From positions 1 to 61,122 of the forward strand of contig JANOOV010000391.1 in assembly GCA_031421535.1 (NCBI GenBank): 61,122 nt of DNA. Reading direction: 5' to 3'. This stretch comes from Gammaproteobacteria bacterium. GTDB lineage: Bacteria; Pseudomonadota; Gammaproteobacteria; SG8-11. The translations under genes were made by a program, and so were the position numbers. The notes beneath the pieces are model-generated. The model had not been told where the DNA came from, ran no database searches, and saw only the letters and a list, made by a program, of their open reading frames with translations. Shown here in pieces: positions 46,384 to 56,246 of the stretch (position 1 is the first letter of the stretch; each line of letters opens with the position of its first letter).

Positions 46384-49300
46384 TTATAGGCTTACGCGGG
46401 GTCGTTTTCTGCGGTCGTTATAAACATCCATCACCGCCGAAATGTGCGCGGCCATCTGCTCCAGACCCTGGCCTTTGAACATGGTGAAGTGATCGCCGTC
46501 GATGACGGCGACATCAACACCCCCAGATGCAAAGGGGCCCCAACCCATCTGGGGATCCAGAAATAAACCGTGGGGTTCCTCGGCACTGCACAGCAGCATT
46601 ATTTTTCCCGGATAAATTTTGGGTTCGTAACGTTGTTCGGTGTCCTCAAGATAGCCCAGCAGCCATTGATCGTAATTTTCAGCGCTCACATCGCGCGCCT
46701 CGAACTCAACGCGCGCGGGCGCCTCGCCTTCTGCACGGCCCAACCAACTGAGCAGTTTTTTAGACAGGGCGCGGCGTGCCAGAAACATCGCCAGAGTCTG
46801 TTCGCCCTTGACCACTCTGCGCCAATCCGTAGCAATCAACTGCCAGCGAAACGAGTAATCGGCGAGAGTGGCGCGCACGCGCGAAAGTCTTTTGTTATGA
46901 CCTGGCGCCCAGGCGTCGATCATGGCGAGCAGCGACACTTCATGCCCTGCTGCAACCAGTTGACGTGCGACCTCGAAGGCCAATACCCCGCCCGCGCACC
47001 AGCCGAGCAACTGGTAAGGCCCGGTGGTTTGAAACTGGTAAATAAGCTGCACGTACTCGGCAGCGATCTCTTCTATCGTTTGCGGCAAGTGGGGGCGCGT
47101 TAGCGCCGGATCGAAGAGCTGCAGTGCCGTGAGCGGTTGGTCTGCCGCGAGCCGCTTGGACAGATGGTAATAATAAACGCCGGTGTTATGAATCGCGATC
47201 AAAGGCGGTTTTGTGCCCTGTGGGTGCAGCCGAACCACTTGCCGAAAGTCGTACTCGCGCTGATCGCCTTGCATCAACAGCTTCGCCTGCGCTTCGATAT
47301 TCGGCGCCTTGAACAGCGTCAACAGGCTCAAGCGTTGTCCAAACTCCGCCTCAATGCGGGCTAATAGCCGTGCCGCGAGCAGTGAATGCCCACCCAGCTC
47401 GAAGAAGTCGGCGGTCTTGTCGATGGCTGCAAGCCCAAGAATCGAACTCCAAATTGTTGCCAGGCGGCGCTCAACCTCATTGAGCGGCTGCGAGGGTTGC
47501 GTGCTTTGCGGCACGGACGTCGGCGGCGGTAAAGAGCGGCGGTCGATTTTGCCATTCGGCGTGCGCGGCAGCGCCGCGAGGATCACGATGGACGCAGGAC
47601 ACATATAGCCCGGCAAAGATTGCAGCAGACGAGTGCGCAAGGCGACGGTCAAAGCTTCAGACGCCTCCGGTTGGGCAGGCGACGCCACCGCATACGCCCA
47701 GATTGCACCCTCTCCCGCAGCGTCTTGCCCGAGGATGGCGACCGCTTCGGAAATGCCCGGATGGTGCAACAACACCGCTTCGATTTCTCCCAGTTCGATG
47801 CGAAAACCGCGCAGCTTGATTTGGTGATCGCTACGGCCCAGATATTCCATTTGCCCGTGCTGTTTCATGCGCACCAGGTCGCCGGTACGGTACAGCTTTG
47901 CGCCATGAATCTGGGAGAATTTGTCGGCAACAAATTTTTCCTTCGTTACCAGCGGCAAAGCGAAGTAGCCGAGCGTGACACCATCGCCACCGATAAACAG
48001 CTCGCCGGGCACGCCGTGTGGCACCACCTGTTGATGGCTATCGAGAATATAAAACTGCGTGTTGGCTATCGGTGGCCCGATCAGAACCGGGCCATCACCC
48101 GACACCACGTGCAGCACTGAAGACCAAACCGTGGTCTCGGTCGGGCCATACATATTCCACAGCTCGCCGCCGCATTGCAGCAGTCGCTGCGCCAGCTTGC
48201 GCGGCAGCGCTTCGCCGCCGCACAACATTTTGAGCGGCGGCTGCCCCCGCCAACCGGCTTCCAGCAACAACTGCCATGTCACCGGCGTGGCCTGCATGAA
48301 GGTGGCCTGGTGCCGTTGCAACAGCGCCAACAACGCCACGCCGTCCACGCGCTCCGACTCTTGGGCCAACACCAGTTTGGCGCCAAAGGCCAACGGCAGA
48401 AATAAATCCATCACCGAGATATCAAAAGAAATCGTCGTGACGCACACCACCGTATCTTCCGGGGTGAGTCCCGGTTGGCGGCGCATGGCGTAAAGCAGAT
48501 TGACCAGACCCCGGTGATGAACCACGACGCCCTTCGGGCGGCCGGTCGAGCCGGAGGTGTAAATAATATAGGCCGGGTCATCCGGCAAGGCGCTGGGGGG
48601 TAACGGCGCCGCACTTTGTGCTGCGATCTGCACCGCTTCCGTATCGCACAGGAGCATCGGTATCGCGTTCTGCCCCAGACGCTCGCGCAACACCGCGCGG
48701 GTAATCACTGCGGCGGGTTGCGAATTTTCGAACACATGGCCGAGACGCTCGGCGGGATAGGCCGGGTCCAGCGGAATATAGGCGCAGCCGGACTTCAAAA
48801 TCGCCACCAGCGCCACCACCAAATCGGTGGATCGATCCAAAAATACCGCGACCCGGCTTGCCGGTGCGATGCCGCGTCTGCGCAATTCATGCGCCAGCCG
48901 GTTCGACGCCAGGTCGAGCTCACGGTAAGTCAGCGTCTGCGCGCCGCACACCAGGGCAATCGCTTCCGGGGTACGTGCGGCTTGCGTCTGAAAAATCTGC
49001 GGAAAGGTCAAATGCTTGGGGTAGATCGTGCTGGTGCGGTTGTTTTCCACGACCAGCGTGCGACGTTCATCGGCGTCGAGAATCGCCAGGCTGGAAATTT
49101 TTTGCCGGGGTTCGGCCACGACCGCACGCAATAGTATTTTGAAATGCTGCAGCAGCCGCAGAATGGTTTGAGCGTCAAACAGATCGACGTTGAAGGCACA
49201 TGCTGTTTGCCAGCCCTCGGGGCCTTCTAGCAGAGAGAAATTCAGATCGCAGATCGCGCCCGCTGCATCCGACGGCAAGGCCACGAGGTTGCGGCGGGCG

Positions 49301-49965
49301 TCGGCGTCATTGTTAATCGCGGCGAGTTGGAACAGGAAGTTCACCGAAAATAACGGATTGCGGCTCGGGTCGGGGTTAGGCGTGACAATTTCGATGAGGG
49401 CTTCCGTCGCAATCGACGGATGCGCCAGCGCTGCCGCAACACGGTCGCGGCAGCGCGCTAACAGCTCGATGAAATCCGGCTCACCTGACAAGTCGTTGCG
49501 TAGGACCAAACTGTTGCCGAACAAGCCCACCCGGTTTTCGAGATCGGCGGCGTTGCAACCGGCAATCTGGCTACCGATGGCAATATCGGTTTCGCCGCTA
49601 TAGCGGTGCAGCAGCGTCAACAACGCCGCCAGGCTCACCAAAAACAGAGTGCTGCCGTGCTGCTGGGCAAGCTCGGTTAAAGCCTGCGTCAGTTCTTTCT
49701 CCAGTTGCACCGACAGCACACTCCTGTTCGCGCTCAACACCTGCGGACGGGGATAATCGGGCTGGATCTCGAAAGGCTTCACGCCTTGCAGTGTGCGTTT
49801 CCAAAAATCGGTATCGGCCTGCCGGGCAAAAGCGTCTGCCAGCCCGGGTGCGTTAACCCGATCAGCCATTGGAGCGTCCGAGCGACGTAACCGTTCGCGG
49901 GTTTTGAGTGCGGCATCCACACAGGCCACATCGGCTGACAGCAAGGCAACTGGGGGATTAAACAT
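46384..49965 (-). CDS. Single-module NRPS: truncated condensation domain, adenylation, thiolation, and a thioesterase with Cys in the nucleophile position
   Basis: The N-terminus aligns only to the C-terminal half of a C domain, with no HHxxxDG. A-domain cores are YIIYTSGSTGRPKGV, NMYGPTETT, YRTGDL, GRSDHQIKLRGFRIELGEIE and NGKIDR. T domain: FFELGGHSLLA. TE: LLGWCAGGVLAFE ... DGDHF. Confidence 0.85.
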   Translation of the reverse strand: MFNPPVALLSADVACVDAALKTRERLRRSDAPMADRVNAPGLADAFARQADTDFWKRTLQGVKPFEIQPDYPRPQVLSANRSVLSVQLEKELTQALTELAQQHGSTLFLVSLAALLTLLHRYSGETDIAIGSQIAGCNAADLENRVGLFGNSLVLRNDLSGEPDFIELLARCRDRVAAALAHPSIATEALIEIVTPNPDPSRNPLFSVNFLFQLAAINNDADARRNLVALPSDAAGAICDLNFSLLEGPEGWQTACAFNVDLFDAQTILRLLQHFKILLRAVVAEPRQKISSLAILDADERRTLVVENNRTSTIYPKHLTFPQIFQTQAARTPEAIALVCGAQTLTYRELDLASNRLAHELRRRGIAPASRVAVFLDRSTDLVVALVAILKSGCAYIPLDPAYPAERLGHVFENSQPAAVITRAVLRERLGQNAIPMLLCDTEAVQIAAQSAAPLPPSALPDDPAYIIYTSGSTGRPKGVVVHHRGLVNLLYAMRRQPGLTPEDTVVCVTTISFDISVMDLFLPLAFGAKLVLAQESERVDGVALLALLQRHQATFMQATPVTWQLLLEAGWRGQPPLKMLCGGEALPRKLAQRLLQCGGELWNMYGPTETTVWSSVLHVVSGDGPVLIGPPIANTQFYILDSHQQVVPHGVPGELFIGGDGVTLGYFALPLVTKEKFVADKFSQIHGAKLYRTGDLVRMKQHGQMEYLGRSDHQIKLRGFRIELGEIEAVLLHHPGISEAVAILGQDAAGEGAIWAYAVASPAQPEASEALTVALRTRLLQSLPGYMCPASIVILAALPRTPNGKIDRRSLPPPTSVPQSTQPSQPLNEVERRLATIWSSILGLAAIDKTADFFELGGHSLLAARLLARIEAEFGQRLSLLTLFKAPNIEAQAKLLMQGDQREYDFRQVVRLHPQGTKPPLIAIHNTGVYYYHLSKRLAADQPLTALQLFDPALTRPHLPQTIEEIAAEYVQLIYQFQTTGPYQLLGWCAGGVLAFEVARQLVAAGHEVSLLAMIDAWAPGHNKRLSRVRATLADYSFRWQLIATDWRRVVKGEQTLAMFLARRALSKKLLSWLGRAEGEAPARVEFEARDVSAENYDQWLLGYLEDTEQRYEPKIYPGKIMLLCSAEEPHGLFLDPQMGWGPFASGGVDVAVIDGDHFTMFKGQGLEQMAAHISAVMDVYNDRRKRPRVSL

Positions 49966-50225
49966 GGGTTCGTCCGTTTTTTGCTCGTCACGATTGCAGG
50001 GAAAGAAATAGCGTGCAGGAAAGTCCTACCTGCCAATTTCAAATTGATAATAGAAGCGAGGATAGGGTTACTAAAAAATCGGGTCTGTGCGCGGACGTAC
50101 ATAATCCGTTGCAGCTCGCTTTAGGTATGGCACCGTACAGAACTAATGCCCGAGTTCTATTACAAGCTATCGCTGAATATGCAGCGCCAAATTACAGCCT
50201 GCAGATAACTCGTGGGAGAAAAATA

Positions 50226-51260
50226 ATGAGCAGAACTTGGGGCGCTGGTGCAAAGCGCATTTTATTCAACGCGACCTGCGCATTGCTTGTCGTCGCGCTT
50301 GCATCCTGCTTAAACGACGGCACCACTGTGCCTGACACGGCTATAACATCAGATCAACCGGAAACAGTAGTACCAGTCACACCGGTCACGCCAGTCACAC
50401 CGACCGAGCCCCCGGTAACGCCCCCACCGCCGGACCCCTCGGAACCGACACCCCGGTCGGATCAGATCGCGGTTTGGGGAGACAGCACGACTTCGGGCAT
50501 CGGCGCATCCAACCCTGATCTGAGTTATCCCGCGCAACTGCAGTTGTTGACGGGACGCATCACCTTTAACGGGGGTGTTTCAGGACAAACCAGCGATCAA
50601 ATTGCCGCGCGCCAGGGTGGCGCACCGGCACGCGTGACGCTGCCGGATAACGCCCTTCCCGCGACCGGCTCCGTGGTGCTGCAAGCTCAGTCCACCGTTC
50701 CCATAACGGCTGAAGGCCCCGGCCCGCTCACCGGAACGATTGGCGGGTTTCACGGCACGCTGAGTTATCAGCCCGGCCCACAGTTAACATTCACGCGCGA
50801 TGCGGCGGGGATGACGGAATCGATACCCGCCGCAAGCGCTTTCCTTCCCGATACCTTTGCGCGCGAAACACACCTCAATGTGTTCTGGATGGGGCAAAAC
50901 AATTTTTACGATCCGCAGGGCGTAAAATTCGACATCGCCAAGGCGGTTGCTTTCCTTTCCAGGAATACTTTTATCGTCATGAGCCTGCTGAACGCGGGCG
51001 ATGAAGGCGTCGGCACGTCATCCTACGATCAGCTCGCGCAGATCAACGCGCATCTGGCGCAAACTTACGCGGGTAATTTTCTCGACATCCGCAAAATTCT
51101 GGTCAACCACTACGACCCCGCAGCACCGCTGGACGTTCAGGACTATATCAACGACGTTCCGCCCCTCTCGCTGCGCAATGACAACTGGCACCTCAACGAT
51201 AAAGGCTACGGCATTGTGGCGCAGCAGATCGCAGACTTTATTGCTGCAAAGAATTGGTAG
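50226..51260 (+). CDS. SGNH/GDSL-family hydrolase lipoprotein
   Basis: Lipobox LASC, then a Pro/Thr linker (VTPVTPVTPTEPPVTPPPPDP). Block I is IAVWGDSTTSG and the late block is NDNWHLN. Confidence 0.65.
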   Translation: MSRTWGAGAKRILFNATCALLVVALASCLNDGTTVPDTAITSDQPETVVPVTPVTPVTPTEPPVTPPPPDPSEPTPRSDQIAVWGDSTTSGIGASNPDLSYPAQLQLLTGRITFNGGVSGQTSDQIAARQGGAPARVTLPDNALPATGSVVLQAQSTVPITAEGPGPLTGTIGGFHGTLSYQPGPQLTFTRDAAGMTESIPAASAFLPDTFARETHLNVFWMGQNNFYDPQGVKFDIAKAVAFLSRNTFIVMSLLNAGDEGVGTSSYDQLAQINAHLAQTYAGNFLDIRKILVNHYDPAAPLDVQDYINDVPPLSLRNDNWHLNDKGYGIVAQQIADFIAAKNW

Positions 51261-51418
51261 GTATGCACACGAATCCGGCGGTGCCAACATCTTGTGTACG
51301 ACAGCGTACAGACGCTGACGCCGGTCCTCTATAAAAAGCTATTTCATAATCTAATTACCCAATCGTTGCAGGATGGTTTTTCTGCCACGCCGTCGCCTCG
51401 CTCGCCAACAGGTTACTT

Positions 51419-52861
51419 ATGACTGCCGTCACCCACAACCTTCCTGCGGTCTCCCGGGACACACCGATGTCGGTGTCCACGCCGATGATTCCGCTGAACT
51501 TCGTTTATCCAGGCCTTTCGCTGGCGCAGATTGTTGCGATTATCAAGGGGCATTGGAGGCTCAGCCTCCTTATCCTGCTGGCGGTTTTGTCGCTTACGGC
51601 GCTGTTCATAACGTTGTGGCCACGGACTTACATGGCCACGGTGACGCTGATGGTGAGCTACGAAGTCAACGATCCGTTAAACGGCAAGGAATTACCGGTC
51701 GGCCAGGTGGGTAGTTACATCGCGACGCAGCTGGCGTTGATGCAAACCCCGGAGGTGTTGCTGACGGTGGTCGACCGTCTCAAGCTGACGGAGAACAAGA
51801 AATATACCGAGGATTACCCCGGCGGCAACGCGACGCTGCGCGAATGGGTGGCGCTAAAACTGAGCAAGAATTTGTCGATCTATCAGGCCCAGCTGGGCAG
51901 CCAGTTGATCTATGCGACCTATGCGGCGAACAGTGCAATAGAAGCGGCACAGGTGGCGAATACGGTGGCGGAGGTTTACAAAGAGCAGGACGAGGCACGC
52001 TCCTCCGGCCCGCCCGGTGAACGTGCCCAGCGCTATACGCAACAATTGAATGAACTCAAAAGCAAAGTCGATCAAGCGCAGCAGCAGGTTACGACATTTC
52101 ACCAAGTCAACGGCTTGATCAACGGGGAAAACAAAGCCAGCCTCGATATCGTTCTGCTCGCGACGCTTGAGGGTCGCTTGCCTGAAGCGCAGAACACGCG
52201 CCGCGCGGCCGAGACCCGCGCGACCGTAGACCAATCCGTCAACGATCAGGTGCTGTCTTCGATTTTGATTCAGGCATTGAAAACACAGCTCGCCACGCAG
52301 GAGTCGCGACTGGCGCAACTGAGCGCCACCCTCGCCCCACAACATCCCGACATCCGGGAATTGCAGCCACAAATTGAAATCACCCGGCGCTCGCTTGCGG
52401 CTGCCCTGCAAAGCTATTCCGACAACGCTAAAGCGGGACTGAGCATGGCGAAGTCGCAGGAACAGAATCTGGAGCAGGCCATCGCGGAACAGCGCACCAA
52501 GGCGCTCGCTAAAGGTCAGCTGCATGACGAGGCGGCGAAATATCTGCTGGAGCTCGAATCCGCACAAGTCATCTATAAGCGTGCGCTCGAAAGCTACGAC
52601 CAGATCATGTTCGCCGCCAGCCGCCACTACACCAACATCAGCTTCGTCAGTCACGCCAAGCCGCCGGTAAAAGCCAGCAAGCCCAAAGGACTAACCGTGT
52701 TGATCCTGGGCATTGCCGTCGCCGGTCTGCTGGGGCTGGGCATTCCGATGCTTTATGAACTTTTCAACCGTCGCGTGCGCTGCCGTGACGATCTCGAACG
52801 CCACCATGGTATTCCGGTACTGATGGAATTCGGGGCGCTACCTATGAGGGCAAGGACATGA
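51419..52861 (+). CDS. Polysaccharide chain-length determinant (Wzz/GumC/EpsF-type PCP) protein
   Basis: An N-terminal TM helix, a long coiled-coil periplasmic region, and a C-terminal TM helix (LTVLILGIAVAGLLGLGIPMLY). Coupled to the downstream ATPase gene (ATGA). Confidence 0.75.
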   Translation: MTAVTHNLPAVSRDTPMSVSTPMIPLNFVYPGLSLAQIVAIIKGHWRLSLLILLAVLSLTALFITLWPRTYMATVTLMVSYEVNDPLNGKELPVGQVGSYIATQLALMQTPEVLLTVVDRLKLTENKKYTEDYPGGNATLREWVALKLSKNLSIYQAQLGSQLIYATYAANSAIEAAQVANTVAEVYKEQDEARSSGPPGERAQRYTQQLNELKSKVDQAQQQVTTFHQVNGLINGENKASLDIVLLATLEGRLPEAQNTRRAAETRATVDQSVNDQVLSSILIQALKTQLATQESRLAQLSATLAPQHPDIRELQPQIEITRRSLAAALQSYSDNAKAGLSMAKSQEQNLEQAIAEQRTKALAKGQLHDEAAKYLLELESAQVIYKRALESYDQIMFAASRHYTNISFVSHAKPPVKASKPKGLTVLILGIAVAGLLGLGIPMLYELFNRRVRCRDDLERHHGIPVLMEFGALPMRART

Positions 52862-53598
52862 GCATAAAAACAGCGGGCCTGAATTCCCGCGATATAAAAC
52901 ATATGGAGCATGACAGCATCGATCAGGCACCGGAGTCCAGACACCCCATCACGCCGATGGAGTACATGGTGGAGCCCGATGAACGTCGGATCATGGCGCA
53001 CGATACTTACAACCCGCGCAGCGAGAAAATCAGTGCGCTGCGCACCGAGCTGCTGTTGCGGCGTGAATCGCCGGAGGGCGCCGACATCGTGGCGTTGTTG
53101 AGCCCATGTGCGGGCGAGGGACGCTCGCTGCTGGCCGCAGAACTTGCCATGTCCTTCGCGCGGACCGGCCGTTCGACCTTGCTGGTCGATGCGGATTTAC
53201 GCCACCCGCACCAGCATATTCTGTTCGGTACCAACAACCGCCTGGGGTTGTCGCAGGCGATCGAATCCAGAGCAAAGCCCCAGATGCACGGCGTGCGCAC
53301 CCTGCCGTACATGTCGATACTCACGTCAGGCGCGATTCCGGACAATCCGCTGGAATTACTCTCCAGCAGTCACTTCGGGGCGATGATCGAAGAATGGCGC
53401 AACAGTTTCGAGTTTGTCGTGATCGATACCGCCCCGGTGGCGCAGTTTTCGGATGGGCTGGTGGTTGCGAATCTCGTCGGCCGCGTACTGGCGCTGAGCC
53501 GTGCACAACACACGCCGTACAAGGAGATGCAAGACATGTTGCGCCGACTGGCCGCGACACGTTCACGGACGCTGGGTGCTGTGATCAACCATTTCTGA
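52858..53598 (+). CDS. BY-kinase-like (CpsD/EpsG-type) P-loop ATPase with an atypical Walker A and no Tyr-rich tail
   Basis: Walker A reads SPCAGEGRS (Arg where Lys is expected). Walker A' is LLVDADLRHP and Walker B is FVVIDTAPV. The C-terminus ...TLGAVINHF lacks a tyrosine cluster. Confidence 0.7.
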   Translation: MSIKTAGLNSRDIKHMEHDSIDQAPESRHPITPMEYMVEPDERRIMAHDTYNPRSEKISALRTELLLRRESPEGADIVALLSPCAGEGRSLLAAELAMSFARTGRSTLLVDADLRHPHQHILFGTNNRLGLSQAIESRAKPQMHGVRTLPYMSILTSGAIPDNPLELLSSSHFGAMIEEWRNSFEFVVIDTAPVAQFSDGLVVANLVGRVLALSRAQHTPYKEMQDMLRRLAATRSRTLGAVINHF

Positions 53599-53677
53599 TT
53601 CATGCCACACGCCATTCGTCGGGTTACGGTGCAAACACCGCACCTAACCCGACCTACACCAATCCGAAACCATTGTT

Positions 53678-55120
53678 ATGAGCCTAAACACATCGAACAC
53701 CGCGTGGCCGCAGGGTACGACGTGGCTGCGGGACGACCGCTACTCCTTCTTCCTGGCAGGAATGATGTGGGTGCTGATCGTGCTGATGATCGTGCCGGAC
53801 GGCTTCGATTACCAAAGTCTCGCGACCACCACGCAGCCCAGATGGCCCAGCTCGGGTGGCGTTATCAGCCGCTTGTTGTGGCTCATCCTGCTGGCGCTGA
53901 GCATCATCATTATCCTGTCGCGCGCCGGTCTGGCGTGGCTGCTGGCGCGTCTGTTGAATCCGTTTTTGCTGTTATTCGCCGCACTGGCAATCGCCAGTGT
54001 CGTCTGGTCGATTGATCCTTCGCTGAGTGCGCGGCGTCTGCTGCGCCTGGTCACGATCATTCTGACCTGCATCGCGTTCGTGCTGGTGGGCTGGCATGCG
54101 CAGCGCTACCAGAATGTCGTGCGTCCGGCGCTGACGGCGGTGCTCGTGGGCTCGATTTTTTTTGGTCTCGCCTTCCCCGTGCTGGCCATCCATGATGAAA
54201 CCGCGCCGGAACTCCTGGGCGCGTGGCGCGGGCTTACCAATCACAAAAATGGGCTGGGCGCCCTCGCCTGCCTTGCGTTTCTTTTCTGGTTCCATGCCTG
54301 GCTGGCCCGAGAAGTCAAGCTCTGGCCCGCAGTGGCCGGTGGCGCCATCGCCATAACCTGCCTGCTGCTGTCGCGCAGCTCCACGGCGTTGGTCGTCACG
54401 CTAATCGGAGCCGCCTTGTTGCTGGTGTTGTTGCGCTCAACGCAGGGCCTGCGCCCCTATATCCCCTATCTGGTCGGAGTGCTGACGACGATCCTGTTGC
54501 TCTATGCGCTGGTCATTCTGAATCTGATTCCCGGACTGGGAACCTTGATGTCGCCCATTGCCGCACTGACCGGTAAAGACATGACCTTCACCGGCCGCAC
54601 CGAAATCTGGGCGATCCTGGCCGAACACATTCGTTACCACCCTTACCTCGGGACCGGCTACGGGGCCTATTGGGTCGCCGTGCCGGTCTCCGGAAACGAA
54701 TCCTACGAATTTGTGCTACGCATGGCGACTTTTTATCCCGGCTCCGCCCACAACGGCTATCTGGAAATCGTCAACGATTTGGGCTGGATCGGCTTGCTGT
54801 GCCTGGTCGCTTATATCGTCAGGCATATCCGGCAGTCGCTGCAATTACTGGGCATCGACCGCAATCAGGGCGCGCTGTATCTGGTACTGCTGTTCCAGCA
54901 AGGCATCACGAACTTGTCCGAAACCCACTGGTTCAGCGTGCTGAGTGTCGATTTTGTGATCATGACATTGGCGAGCACCGCACTGGCACGCGGCCTTTTG
55001 GAGCACCGGCTGCGTTTAGTCTTGGGTGCGCCGCAAACCCCCACGAACGAACCCACCCACAGTAGCGACTTAGCGCTTGCGCAACCCTCAAGCAGACGCG
55101 CTCACAACGGTGGAGCCTGA
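53678..55120 (+). CDS. O-antigen ligase/polymerase (Wzy-like) family membrane protein
   Basis: Ten or more TM helices with a large loop containing GRTEIW ... HNGYLEI, typical of the Wzy_C/O-antigen ligase domain. Confidence 0.7.
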   Translation: MSLNTSNTAWPQGTTWLRDDRYSFFLAGMMWVLIVLMIVPDGFDYQSLATTTQPRWPSSGGVISRLLWLILLALSIIIILSRAGLAWLLARLLNPFLLLFAALAIASVVWSIDPSLSARRLLRLVTIILTCIAFVLVGWHAQRYQNVVRPALTAVLVGSIFFGLAFPVLAIHDETAPELLGAWRGLTNHKNGLGALACLAFLFWFHAWLAREVKLWPAVAGGAIAITCLLLSRSSTALVVTLIGAALLLVLLRSTQGLRPYIPYLVGVLTTILLLYALVILNLIPGLGTLMSPIAALTGKDMTFTGRTEIWAILAEHIRYHPYLGTGYGAYWVAVPVSGNESYEFVLRMATFYPGSAHNGYLEIVNDLGWIGLLCLVAYIVRHIRQSLQLLGIDRNQGALYLVLLFQQGITNLSETHWFSVLSVDFVIMTLASTALARGLLEHRLRLVLGAPQTPTNEPTHSSDLALAQPSSRRAHNGGA

Positions 55121-55124
55121 CGTC

Positions 55125-56246
55125 ATGACGCCATCAAATACCGGTTCCCAATTTCCGACCGGAGCCATTCCATCTCTGGATGGAATCCGCGCGATCGCGG
55201 TGCTATCGGTGTTCCTGTCGCACAGCAGCCTGGAAAAATTTATCCCCGGCGGCCTGGGGGTCACCATTTTTTTCGTGCTGAGCGGTTACTTGATCACCAC
55301 GCTGATGCGCATCGAGCACGCCCGCAACGGCGCGATCAACTACCCCAGTTTTTATTTGCGCCGCCTGCTGCGGCTGATGCCACCGTTGTTTATTGTGGTC
55401 GGGGTCGCCAGCGTGTTCGCCGCATTTTCTCTCATTAATGGCTATTTCAGTGCGGGTGGCCTGTTCTCGGCATTGTTTTATGTCGGTAACTACCACGTGA
55501 TCGCAAATAATTACAATGGCATGCCCGGCGGCATCGGGGTGGTCTGGTCGCTGGCCATTGAGGAGCACTACTACCTGATTTATCCGCCATTGGCGGCGCT
55601 GATACTGCGAGTCGGTCGCGTCGAGCTGTCTGTCACCGTGCTCGTGGCCCTCTGTATCGCGGTGTTGACCTGGCGCTACTGGCTGGTGTTTCACGGCGCA
55701 TCGGAAGCCTATCTCAGTATGGCGACCGACACGCGGGTCGATGCGATTCTGATCGGCTGCGTGATGGCGCTGCGGTGCAATCCTTGGCTGGATCATGTGC
55801 CTGCTGCGAAGGTGCTCAACGACTCGGCGCTCGTCGCGCTGTGCGTCGCGGTGTTGATCGGCACGTTAGTTTATCGCGACGAAACCTTCCGGCTCACGCT
55901 GCGCTACACCCTGCAAAGTTTGGCGATTGCGCCGTTGATCTACCTGGCCGTGGCCCGCGCAGACCGGTGGCCGTTCCGCTGGTTGAGCGCCAAACCCCTG
56001 GTGTATATCGGCACGATTTCTTACACGATTTATCTTTCGCATCACGTAATTCTGCTCGGGCTGACCAAGCACTGGCCGCAATGGGGCTGGCTTTGGCTGA
56101 CGCTGATGGGCGCGGTTCTTACCCTCTTGGTGGCGGAACTGATGCGCCGTTGGGTTGAACAACCTTGCGCCAAACTGCGCCAACGGCTGCATCAAAAAGC
56201 TGTCGCGGGCAAAGCCGCGCCGCTGGCTTGCTCCGGCGCGCCATGA
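55125..56246 (+). CDS. Acyltransferase family 3 membrane protein
   Basis: LDGIRAIAVLSVFLSH signature, polytopic, VWSLAIEEHYYL motif. Confidence 0.8.
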   Translation: MTPSNTGSQFPTGAIPSLDGIRAIAVLSVFLSHSSLEKFIPGGLGVTIFFVLSGYLITTLMRIEHARNGAINYPSFYLRRLLRLMPPLFIVVGVASVFAAFSLINGYFSAGGLFSALFYVGNYHVIANNYNGMPGGIGVVWSLAIEEHYYLIYPPLAALILRVGRVELSVTVLVALCIAVLTWRYWLVFHGASEAYLSMATDTRVDAILIGCVMALRCNPWLDHVPAAKVLNDSALVALCVAVLIGTLVYRDETFRLTLRYTLQSLAIAPLIYLAVARADRWPFRWLSAKPLVYIGTISYTIYLSHHVILLGLTKHWPQWGWLWLTLMGAVLTLLVAELMRRWVEQPCAKLRQRLHQKAVAGKAAPLACSGAP

